Shown: positions 53,093 through 64,000 of the stretch, one piece after another | How positions within the stretch are numbered: position 1 is the first letter of the stretch | How the letters are laid out: each line of letters opens with the position of its first letter | Assembly (NCBI GenBank): GCA_964016885.1 | Contig: OZ024740.1 | Location: forward strand, 242,606,001 to 242,670,000 | Reading direction: 5' to 3' | Source of the DNA: Eledone cirrhosa | Taxonomy: Eukaryota | DNA length: 64,000 bases | The notes under the pieces: generated by a model | Told to the model about the DNA's origin: nothing | Seen by the model: only the letters and a program-made list of their open reading frames with translations | Database searches by the model: none | Translations under genes and position numbers: made by a program

Positions 53093-53201
53093 CTGAAGAA
53101 GTGACAACTGATTATACATTTGCTATCGAATACTTGCTAACATTATATGATTACGCAAGCAGCGATACATAGGTATTCCGTCTGTTACAGAAACATATGT
53201 C
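53093..53201 (+). ncRNA. Possible degenerate hammerhead with very long stem II at the 3' end of the Penelope-like element
   Basis: CUGAAGA...long irregular hairpin...GAAAC(AUAU)GUC, then AATAAA; stem I pairing not evident. Confidence 0.35.
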
Positions 53202-53257
53202 AATACCTAATAAATTCCTTTTTAAAAAAAGCACTTTCATTTTATATTCATCCTTTC

Positions 53258-53357
<100 letters not shown>

Positions 53358-53821
53358 TACTATGTGTATACAGTTTAGAATTGGTACACCCATAAAAGAG
53401 CTGAGAGATTATGAAGCTCATAGAAAATGTAGCAAATCTCGGACACAGAAAATACTGTAAATAAAGTTTGTTGCTAGAAAATCAAGTAAATACTCCTTCT
53501 TGATGATGTTAACATTTCAAAACTGTTTGATTTAGCTTCTCATTTAGATGGTGCAGGGGCTCTTTAGCTCAATGGTTACAGCAGTTAGCCAGTATCTAAA
53601 AGATATGGAATATAATTCTCTATAACATCTGCTGGTCTCTTTTATCCATCTGTAAGGGGTTTTTATCCAATTCTCTTGCTATTTATAGCAGCCAACTGAA
53701 TTTTCTAATATTTTCTATGTACTTCGTAAACTTTTAGCATTTCAAAAATTCAAACTTGGCATATGATATATATATATGATATGCCAATGAGAAAAACGAC
53801 AGACCCTCCATCTCAACTCTA

Positions 53822-53857
53822 CTTTTGAAAAGCAGAAGAACTGCGAAACCGGTAAAG
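53822..53857 (+). ncRNA. Minimal hammerhead candidate with U3-A8 core variant
   Basis: CUU-UUGAAAA-GCAG(AAGAA)CUGC-GAAA-CCGG-UA-AAG; palindromic ACCGGU stem III; aataaa then TA repeats downstream. Confidence 0.5.
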
Positions 53858-53989
53858 GAATCAAATAAATATATATATTTTTTAAAAAAATAAGACTCCA
53901 GTTACATTTTCGATTTCATCTTTTTTTCTTTATACTTTCACTCATGTAGGACACCTCGGTTATTTTTCATTTTGTAAAAAAAACCTCAC

Positions 53990-54049
<60 letters not shown>

Positions 54050-54594
54050 TCTCACATACACACATATATATGTCTGTGTGTGTATAAAATAGCTATAGGA
54101 ATCTCTATATATTCATATCAAAACAAATACATTCATGTACATAAGTACATGAACATATATATATATAGACATAGATATATACAAATATGCTCACAAAAAT
54201 GAACTTTGTGCAAACAAATCTTCAATAAATAACATACGTACATGCAACTCTACAAACATAAATATGCACCTCTTACTATCACGTCTGAGGCAAGCAGGTC
54301 ATCAACTATATATTATGTTGTTAAATTCATCTGTTCCATACACAGGAGATAAACCCCCTTCTGAGCTTGTAATTAGAAACCGCTCAGCTCATATATCTCC
54401 TATATATTTCTTTACACTACCTCACTCCCATACCATCCCAGCAGTGTTTCCACTCATATTTCAAGTCCAAATTTCATCTCCCACCTTTCACACAGTATGT
54501 TCTAAAATAATAATTAATTTTGATATTTGATCTGTGAAAAAGAATTTTGTTATTATGTGATTTTTTTGTGTATGATATAAATATGTAGCTATGT

Positions 54595-54950
54595 GTGCAG
54601 ACATGGCTGTATGGGTAAGAAGTTTGCTTCACAACCAAGAGATTATGGTTTTGATCCAATGTGCAGCACCTTAGGCAAGTATCTTTTACCATTGTCTCAG
54701 GTTAACCAATATCTTATGGACTTGCAAGAGAAAAGGCTGCAATGATATGGACAGGTGATGTCTATGGAAGATAACAGTTGTATAGAGAAATGCAGAGAAA
54801 TCTCAGTGGACGGGACTCATGCAAGTGTTAGACCTAGGAAAATATAGGATGAAGTAGTGAAGACTGATCTTAGAAAGCTGAATTTCATGACAGAGATGAC
54901 ACAGAATTGTGAGGATTAAGGACATGTGGTACTGGAAAAGTATTTTCTGC
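54595..54950 (+). mobile_element. Decayed CORE-like SINE head followed by an RTE C-terminal fragment
   Basis: catggctgtatgggtaagaagtttgcttc..caccttaggcaagtatctt (also at ~14830 and ~24400); then RPRKI.DEVVKTDL. Confidence 0.55.
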
Positions 54951-56306
54951 CAGCATAAAAAGGTGACCTAACTTATACCCCTCCCCCCCATTGCCACTCC
55001 TTAGTAATGATTCTCACTATCACTGTTCACCTTCCTCTACCACCAGTCTACCCAGCTCACCCCTACCCTTCTTCACCCTCTCATCACCCAGTCAAACTCC
55101 ACCACATCTACATTACACCCATGATATAATTTCTTCCCTCTTCTCTTACCCACATCCTCCCTTAAGCCCCTACACCTGACATACAACCATGACACTGAAC
55201 CTGTCACTCCCAACTTTTTGTCATTTACCAAGATTTACTTATCATCCTTCTTAACTCCTCCATCCCATTTCCCCTACAGCCCATTTTCCTCCCCTTCATA
55301 AGGTGTCTAGGACCCTTCAGTTGAATTTATGACTGAAAACTTTCCTAGTACTAGTTCCATAATAAAATGGACCAGCACACTCTGTCAAATGTTTAAGAAG
55401 AGTTTCCAGTTATAGAAACCATGCTAGAAACAGTTGAGGACCCACCAATCACAACACAACAACCTCTTTAGTGATGGTACCTCAAAAGATGCACCTAGCA
55501 CACCTTGTAAAGTGGTTGGTGATAGGAAGAGCATCCAGCCATAAAAAAACCTTCTATACAAAGGGTCAAGAGGACTCTTCAGTTGCATCACAGACATGAC
55601 AATCTTCCTAGTGCTGGTTCCATAAGATGTACTTGATGCACTGTGTAGATTACAAGAATGTATGTAAGCAAGATGTGGGCCCCTGGTTGCCTGTGAGGTC
55701 AGTAGCTCTGAGTAAATAATGACTTGGTCTGTGATGACCTAACCAACCGTTGCTAGCAACAAATATTAAATGATGATGATGGTGATGATGATGATGACGG
55801 TGATGATGATAAGGATGATGATGGTGATGAGGATGATGATGATGATGATTTAGTTTGAAAATAAATAAAGAACAACTCTGTTGGCTGTGAAATAGGCCAT
55901 ATAAAGATAACAAAGTAATATCTCTATAAATTAGCAGCTGGCAGTTACTTCTTTTTTTTTTTTATTTCTGATCCACTAAGCCCCAACTCTAGACACAGTG
56001 AATCATCCTCTGGGGAATAGTGAATCAGCATCAGGTTAAATTATTGAAAGAAGTCCCTGAGAGAAACCTACTACACATCTTATTAAGGTAGAGCAGAATT
56101 GTAGACTGTTATAAAAAAATGATCATAAATATTTTTCAAATATTCATTGACAGTCTCAAGAAGGATTTAAGTAAAGAAAAACAGAATGATAGAAATGTAA
56201 AATTAATATATCCTTTCAGTTTCCAAGTAAGCTACATTAAATGTATTGGCAAGATCATTTTTAATAAAAGAAAACGAATTTTTATCTCAGGGAATAGAAT
56301 ATTTTG

Positions 56307-56430
56307 TCATGTCGATAGAGAATTCATTGTGGCATGCCACTTGGGCTGTTCTTCATCTGACTTTAAGAAAATATTAATTATCTTTTTAAACTGGATTTCT
56401 GTAATATCCTCTGCTTGTGCAGACACAATA
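56307..56430 (-). CDS. Candidate terminal coding exon: IVSAQAEDITEIQFKKIINIFLKSDEEQPKWHATMNSLST*
   Basis: ctgttttacag acceptor, 124 nt (1+41x3) protein-like open frame in unique DNA, ATTAAA about 40 nt downstream. Confidence 0.4.
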
Positions 56431-57392
56431 CTGTAAAACAGTTTTTTTCCCATATTAAAAATATCACATTTAAAATGTTTCATTTGTATCAGGGTTTTGT
56501 AAGATTCTAATAACCTGGCCAATATAGTAGCAAATAGTTTTCTTCATAGGATAATAACAAAATTCCCTGTTTAAAATAATGGTCCATTCCCAGAGATAAT
56601 CTACAGTGCATCGATTTATCGTGTCCCCCACGCACCAATGAAAAAGGTAACCTTAGACCCCTCTAAAGAGCAGACATTGATTGCAGTCTGGTCAAGAAAT
56701 AATTCTAATACAATCTTAATTTCACCTCACATGGCACAACTAGGGAACTCTGAATAACTATAACACTATAATAAAAAATAAGAGTCCCTCTGAATATTAC
56801 TTTTGGCATAAAATTAAGTCCCTTAACTTGCATACTGCTCAATAATGTTCAAGCAAGCAAGTCTTTCAGAAACTTACATGGAAGATATGTTAACTTAAGA
56901 AGAGGAAGTAGCAACTATAATATTGTGTATTTGAATTTGTAAAAAAAAAAATCATAATATTCACTGTTCCCTAGATTCCGTATATGTGTGTGCACACACG
57001 CACATGTGTGTGTGTGTCTTACTGTCTGTCTGTGTCTGTGTGCATGTGTGCATCTTAAGCCAATGTTGAAAACAAATAAAATACATAATATAGAAAATAA
57101 CTATTCCCACACAAGTTTACATATATATAGGCATACATATATACATTTCTCTGTGTATATATGTATATATATATACATGTCAAGAATATTTGTTACAGTT
57201 TTATGTGCAATGAGTTCAAGTCCCACAGAGGTCCACATTGCCTTTCATCATTTTGGTTTCATTAAATAATGTATCTAACCAGTGCTTCACTCCTTCCAGC
57301 TATCACACCCTGGATGTTCCAATGAATCAAGAGAGGAAGGATTAAGAGAGTGTCTGTGTCTGAGACAATTGCATGGTCACCTAAAACCCTAT

Positions 57393-57550
57393 AGGCAGTG
57401 AATTGATAGAGTCATTAGAACGTCGTATAGAATACTTTATGAGATTCGTTCTGGATCTCTGCTCTCTGAGTTCAAATCCCACCAAGGTCAACTTTGCCTT
57501 TCATCCTTTCGGGGTCGATAAAAAAGTAGCAGCCTAGTACTGGGGTCGAT
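57393..57550 (+). mobile_element. Older SINE family A copy
   Basis: gagttcaaatcccaccaaggtcaactttgcctttcatcctttcggggtcgata. Confidence 0.8.
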
Positions 57551-58115
57551 TCTTGCTCTCTCTGGAAGAAATCTGCTGTACTCAGGCCTGGAGAGGGATG
57601 GGCCCTGCCAAGCTTAAAATGCCCAAGAAACCCTGTATGTCAATATGGACCCCTATGACTTGATCAGGAGTTACAGGACCATATGTACATACATACTAAT
57701 ACCCTTAGTGAAAGTGTGGTGCATAATATTAAGTGATACATAATTGTAAGTAACAGCCTCAGATGTTTTTTTTTATATTTTAAAAGCATCCAGACATAAA
57801 ATTCATGTAAAACAAAACAAAACATAACATACACAGTAAATATTGATGGTTTCTCTACTGTTATGTATGTTAGATGATTATAGACTGTTATGAGAGGTGT
57901 GATACTGAGACCTGTCTAACCCATGCCACACACACGCATAAAAGAGATAATGATGATAATTTAAACATAGAACCACATATAAAGTATACAGACATAGACA
58001 AAGGAGAAGATTACATAACAGAAAATTCCATTTCACAATCCTTCCTTTATCAGATCTACATCCCTTCTACTCTCTCACTCATAAACATGCAAACACACAC
58101 AGGCACACACACACG

Positions 58116-58173
<58 letters not shown>

Positions 58174-59238
58174 CACACACTTTTATACCCTCCCCCTGTC
58201 TGCCTATTTTCCCACCTATCCCCACCCTCTCTCTCCCTCTCGTAGAGGTTTTAGACCCCAAGTCAGTTTTGGGTAAGTCTAAAAATATATATTCTTATGA
58301 AGAATTAATAGAAAAAAACTATATATATATAAAACTACACTACATAAACATGTAAAAATATACGCACATATGCACATATACACATGCACACAAACCACGC
58401 CTACAAATGTATAAAAAACATATACATAGACACATAATCATGTTTGTAACTGTATACATTCCTTTGTCTTATTCCATTTACTTATTCCAGTCTATGTTAT
58501 TCTGAAAATATATATGAAACCTTTTCTTTCCCTAACCCTTAGTACATTTTTACCACCATCCCCTTTGTCAACACCTCCGCATCAGCACTAGTACCACCAT
58601 CACCCCAATTACCAATCAGCACCTCGCTCCCACCACTCCACTGCTATTACCCCACCCCTCCCCCTCCCGTCATTATTGGAAGGTAGGTTACCATCACTCA
58701 ACCCTACCACCACCATCATTGCCAACTATGCGATCACTTTCATAACCTTCATCACCATCATCATCGTTAACAGCAGTACCACCATCACTACCAATACCAC
58801 CATTATCACCACCATAATACCACTGACAACAACAACAATAACAACGATAATGAAGGAGCCTTAATCAAGCTATCTTTGATTCTCTTTTACCATTGATCTG
58901 CTCAATCAGAGTTAACCTGATATTAAACAACAACAACATTGGCATCCGACAACATACACAGGTCAACAAGAAAGGTCCCTCCTTGGCTGGTTAACCTGTC
59001 AGAAATAGTAGCCTAATCTTCAAATCTTATACTGTCATAAAGACATTTGATAATGGATAGGACTAAATGCTATATACAAAAAAAGAAAACCTTTAGTCAA
59101 TCAGGGTTGAATAGAATAGAAGAAGAATGGACCTCTGTCAGTTTCCATGATAAGGGTTCCAGTTGTTTGATCAACAAAGTGTCCCACTAGTGAAATTAAC
59201 ATGTAAGTGGATGAACATACATTCCACCAACACATATA

Positions 59239-59409
59239 TACTGTATTTCCTGGCACTGAAGACGCTTCGTCCTCGAGGACACACTCTAATTTTGACAACC
59301 AAAAATTTGAAAAAAAATAATAAACAAACTTCGGCCTCCAGGACGCATGGTAGATTTTTTTAGACTTATTTTAGGAAAAAAGTAGCGTCTTTGACGCCGA
59401 GAAATATAT
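59239..59409 (-). mobile_element. Tc1/mariner-pogo type MITE, SINE-free form
   Basis: Reverse complement of 15321-15697 without the SINE and with a single copy of its TSD sequence. Confidence 0.8.
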
Positions 59410-60234
59410 AATTCTTAGGAGAATTTAGAGTGATACAGTGTGTGACAAGGCTAGCTCTTTGAAATACAAGTATTGTCCATCCAATAGGCTTTCAAATGCT
59501 TTCCGTCTACACAATTTCACTCAGAAAGTCGACATACCCAAGATGTGCAATGGAATCAAACCTGGGACCTAATGATTGGTTAGTGAACTCCTTAATCATT
59601 CATCCATGCTATGTCCACAGGGTTGAAGAACAGGAAGAATATATGATATAGAAAGTAAGATATAAAAGAGGGTGTAATAAAGGATAGATAGATAAAATCA
59701 TGCATTATGAACGTGTATGTGAAATAATGAAGCTTTAACCATTATAGGAACTAGCAGAAAAACCAACCTTTGGGTGGTTTTCTGCTAGCATGTGTAGTGT
59801 GTATATTGATATTATACGCAGGTATATATACATGTAGATATGATACATCAAATAAAATCGTAATTGACAATATATAATACATAGAAATTGAACGAAGACT
59901 GCGTTACACTCTCTTATTTAATCAGTAACGTAATCCATGATACATTAAAAAAGGCGATATTATATATAAAAGGAGAAAATTAGTGACAGAAAATTAGTAT
60001 GTTTATTTAAGCGATGGCAAACCGGAAGTGTTGACATTTCAACAGTCATTAATAGAGAATAGAAAATACTTTGTGGCTCCTTTACTGGTTCTCTACAAGC
60101 TGAGTTTAAATTCTATCAAGGTCAACTTCACCTTTCATCTTTTAGGGGTTCAATAAATAAAGTAGGACTGATTATTATACCTATACTCCACTGTGTACTA
60201 CCCCATATAACTGGAAGTAAGTATATGATGGGGA

Positions 60235-60430
60235 GTCCTTAATGTCGTAGTAGAGGTAGAACAAGAAGGACCTGGACAGAGGTTTGAGAGCTGACCTTAA
60301 ATCACTGAGACCACAGAGGTGACGACAAAGGATTGCGACATGCGGAGAGATGCCGTGCTGAGAAGGACCCAGTCCAACCCATCAAAGTGTGGAAAAGCAA
60401 ATGTCAAAAACGATGATGATGATGATGAAA
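60235..60430 (+). mobile_element. RTE short-UTR subfamily 3' fragment
   Basis: RSRGRTRRTWTEV.RADLK..TEVTTKDCDMRRDAVL, (GAT)n. Confidence 0.75.
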
Positions 60431-60920
60431 TATAAAGCTCAATTACTTTATACATACACATATGCACACAGTTACAAACAGGTATAATCATATACATATA
60501 TGACTGACATCTGATGGAGCTGACAGAAGAAAGCTGACCTGTACCTACACAACAACATAACTACCACAGGTTCTGGATAGTCCTATATTATTAGAATATG
60601 TTGTTGTGACTAAGCATGTAATGAAGAAGACATCTGTTCCTGATTGATGATGTAATCTTTTTTTTTGACATACACTATAGCAATAATATTCGTTGCTGAC
60701 ATTCTTTCATTACAAAAACACCCATTCTGTTTTCTCATTTCCATTTCATATTATCTTCCACTCTTTCCACTTCTCCTTCTCTTGCTGTCTCATCTTTATA
60801 TCCCTTTCTCTTCTTTCTTTCTCTCTCTCCCTAAATATATTTACGTATACATACATGCATATATTTGTATGTAAAAAATACAGTATGTGTGTGTATGTTT
60901 TCACACACACACACATATAG

Positions 60921-60957
<37 letters not shown>

Positions 60958-60960
<3 letters not shown>

Positions 60961-61104
60961 CGAAGGAAGTGTGGTAAGGAACCAGATGGACCATAACGCA
61001 CCAAAGTACTCAATACTTAGGGTAGTAGAGTGGGTAATAGGAACGAGTAGGACCCCGACGGCTGAGCTCAAGCCGTTTCGACAGCTAATTCTGGAGTCCA
61101 GAAT
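60958..61104 (-). mobile_element. Short (TA)n-flanked element with hammerhead 3' half
   Basis: Minus strand AUUCUGGACUCCAGAAUUAGCUGUC-GAAACGGCU(UGAGCUC)AGCCGUC-GGGGUC; truncated before the CUGANGA strand. Confidence 0.65.
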
Positions 61105-61109
61105 ATATA

Positions 61110-61322
61110 TCATCATTTTCGTTTAACGTCTATCTTCCACGCTAGCATGGGTTAGACGGGAGTTGTCCCACTTGAGGTAAAGTAGGTCGGGTGACCGTGT
61201 CCCACTCATATAGGACTATCTGGCAGGTTTTCTACGGTTGGATGCCCTTCCTAACACCAACCACATTTACAGTGTGGAACTGGGAACTTTTTACCGTGTT
61301 ACCTACACGGCCACATTACAGC
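61110..61322 (-). mobile_element. RTE 3' tail fragment
   Basis: Reverse complement of the 30930-31130-type tail. Confidence 0.85.
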
Positions 61323-61456
61323 GTATGTATATATAGTAATAATAATAAATGTGAAGATTAAAATCCGAAGAGGGCTCGATAAGTTTCAGAAATCCTGTTA
61401 AGGGTGAAAGCAGCGATTCTTTGCTTATACTTTAATCTGTTAGATATATATATATA

Positions 61457-61897
61457 CTAGCTGAATGACCCGGCGTTGCCCAGGTTACTGCTGCTATTAT
61501 TCAGATTAGTAAAGAATAAATATGAAGATATATTTTTTCTCATAATTATTTCAAAATATCTATATTTTATAAAAATATATCAAAATTGTAATGATAATAG
61601 AATTTAGAAATGAAAAGCTCTCCATCTTGAATCACCTCAAGGTAAACAATATTCATTGTGTAACTTTTTTGTTGATATCCAAATGAATAAATTGTTGCTG
61701 CTTCCAGCCTGTGAGCAACCAACATAGAGTTGCCTTAGGAGAAACGTGTAGTAGAGAGATCAGGTCCAACTACCGTGAGGGATTGGCCTGGAGATTTGTT
61801 AATTGAAATAACAAAACCTAGTTTGACTGGAAACTGAAGCCTCTTAAATTCAAATGGAAGAGCTGTAGGTATGAGAGGAATTTTTAGAATAAAGACA
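61457..61897 (-). mobile_element. Helitron 3' end with PIF1-type helicase C-terminus (decayed)
   Basis: Minus strand VFILKIPLIPTALPFEFKRLQFPVKLGFVISINKSPGQSL..QLYVGCS..NIVY; subterminal hairpin acctgggcaacgccgggt and terminal CTAG. Confidence 0.85.
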
Positions 61898-62081
61898 TTT
61901 TTTTTTCAATATTGTAAAAAAATAAGTATCAACATATATATCATCATCGTCATCATCATTACCATTTAATGTCTATTTTTCCATGCTTGCATGGGTTAGA
62001 TGGGTTGCCCACGTCATAAGATAAGTGTGGCCAGCTGACCACGCCATACCTTACTCAAATGGAATTGTATTTCGGCTGTAT

Positions 62082-62969
62082 TCCGTGGTATTTTCTTCGT
62101 GGTTATAAGAGGCTTAGCTCTGTTTCTCGACCGTTATATCGCGTGACTGTCTCCCCCTCCGCCTTTTGGGATTCTTTCTCGCGTCGTGTAGACGCGTTCT
62201 TGAGACTAGTAAAATGAGGTATCCTCTTGATAAGTCGGCAGACCTCGCAAGGACTCTATATCTTTGATATATTGTTTTTGTTTATGCCACAAAACTACGT
62301 AGTCGAGGAATTTAGGAACAGTTTAGGTATGATACATTTTATTACTAATTATATCTAAATGTTTCTTCTCTCTTCATAATGTATTTTTAACTCTGATACT
62401 GGTTCAGTCTGGTTCAAACTGAATTAGTCTGTCCCAGTCATTCATTGAGCAACATCGGTGAAGTTGGCACCCTTAACTCACAGTTGGGTGCGGATGCATT
62501 CATGTATATATGTGTGTGTCCGCATGTATCTGTGTGTTTCTAAATATATTAATAACTCCCTCTGGTCGAGCAATCTTTGAAGTGTTGGGACAACTGGAAA
62601 GCTTCCATTACTCATACTTCTCGCCTTCTTCACTACCTCTTCTGCGGCCTCGATGTGAATACCCCCTCCGCCTCCGTGGTATTTTCTTCGTGGTTATAAG
62701 AGGCTTAGCTCTGTTTCTCGACCGTTATATCGCGTGACTGTCTCCCCCTCCGCCTTTTGGGATTCTTTCTCGCGTCGTGTAGACGCGTTCTTGAGACTAG
62801 TAAAATGAGGTATCCTCTTGATAAGTCGGCAGACCTCGCAAGGACTCTATATCTTTGATATATTGTTTTTGTTTATGCCACGAAACTACGTAGTCGAGGA
62901 ATTTAGGAACAGTTTAGGTATGATACATTTTATTACTAATTATATCTAAATGTTTCTTCTCTCTTCATA

Positions 62970-62975
<6 letters not shown>
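62082..62975. repeat. ~300-bp near-perfect direct duplication (62082-62384 / 62673-62975)
   Basis: Copies differ by one substitution that I could see (cacaaaac vs cacgaaac). Confidence 0.9.
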
Positions 62976-63031
<56 letters not shown>

Positions 63032-63308
63032 TTTGGGAGGTTCATGTTGCCAATAAAAACACGTGCACCAAAGTATAACAATATCAGTTTCAATACACGT
63101 TTTCAGATAAATCTCACAAAAAAAAATTCAAAAACGAATCATATATATATATATATATTAAAATAACAGATTAAAGTTTAAGCAAAGAATCGCTTCTTTC
63201 ACCTTTAACGGGATCTTCTGAAACTAAAAAAAAAAATCAATCTGTGAACGCAGAAGTATATATTTCGGAAAACGTTGGAACCGAAGGAAGACAGGAAGAC
63301 GATACTTT

Positions 63309-63590
63309 GGTTCGTGGAAACGTTACCTGGCAAAGAACGGAAAAAAACGAAGATAATACGTCATTATTAGGAGCGGTGAAAACAATTACGTGCAAAGACA
63401 AAACCACGTTTATGTATAAATGAAGTCGTAGACTAATATTCTATTAGGTGGTTCGTGGAGACGTTCTCTGGCAATGAACGGAAAAAACGAAGATAATACG
63501 TCATTATGAGGAGAGGTGGGGACAATTACGCGCAAAGACAAAACCACGTTTATGGTATAACTGAAGTCGTAACTAAAAGTCTATTTAGGA
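63309..63590. repeat. Two diverged ~140-bp tandem units
   Basis: ggttcgtgga.acgtt..ctggcaa.gaacggaaaaaacgaagataatacgtcattat repeated. Confidence 0.85.
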
Positions 63591-63898
63591 AACCGAAGGA
63601 TTCTCGGCTTCAGAGGTAAGAATAAAGTAAATAAATTACAGAGGTAATTGAAATCAACAAAAATTAAATATATACATGCACGCATCCATATATGTACATA
63701 CACATGCATACGCGAAAACACCCGCCATGGGTATGCAAATACAAGCACATACACAAAAACACGCACGCACATAATGAACCCATGCAACGCCTGTACTCGC
63801 ACACATACGAACGTATACACCAAATACACAAACAAATATATATAAAAAAAATATATATATATATGTGTGTGTGTGTGTATACATATAATTATATAAAC

Positions 63899-63938
<40 letters not shown>

Positions 63939-64000
63939 CAATATGTATATAGCGCGCGCACACACATACCTACAAGTAAATACACATATGTTCGCTAAAC

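Noticed and set aside
61350-61445. Possible hammerhead in a TA-flanked repeat also seen at 63160-63225 and 40970-41002
   Set aside because: The core is incomplete (CCGAAGA, no UH after stem III) and there is no consistent stem II.

Overview
Repeat-dense, AT-rich animal genomic DNA with a ~200-bp N gap at 4486-4685. The repeat families suggest an octopus or other coleoid cephalopod (inference). Most of the window is retroelement-derived: many RTE-clade LINE copies (one 5'-truncated copy with an open RT + PHD-like zinc-finger ORF at 16.0-18.3 kb) and two tRNA-derived SINE families. A co-oriented pile-up at 43.6-53.3 kb contains a GC-rich CRE-like element, a near full-length decayed R4/Dong-like element, an RTE fragment and a nearly intact Naiad-type Penelope-like element (RT + GIY-YIG). 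Tc1/mariner-pogo and piggyBac-like MITEs, a Helitron 3' end, degenerate Gypsy relics and abundant microsatellites are also present. The most notable unannotated signal is a set of short, usually 5'-inverted elements in or beside (TA)n tracts that carry hammerhead-ribozyme cores: near-complete folds at 1569-1611 (-), 19169-19219 (+) and 53822-53857 (+), plus partial or decayed ones elsewhere. A few phase-compatible minus-strand exons of an unrecognised host gene can be read by eye. All family assignments come from motif recognition, not database searches, and repeat boundaries are approximate.
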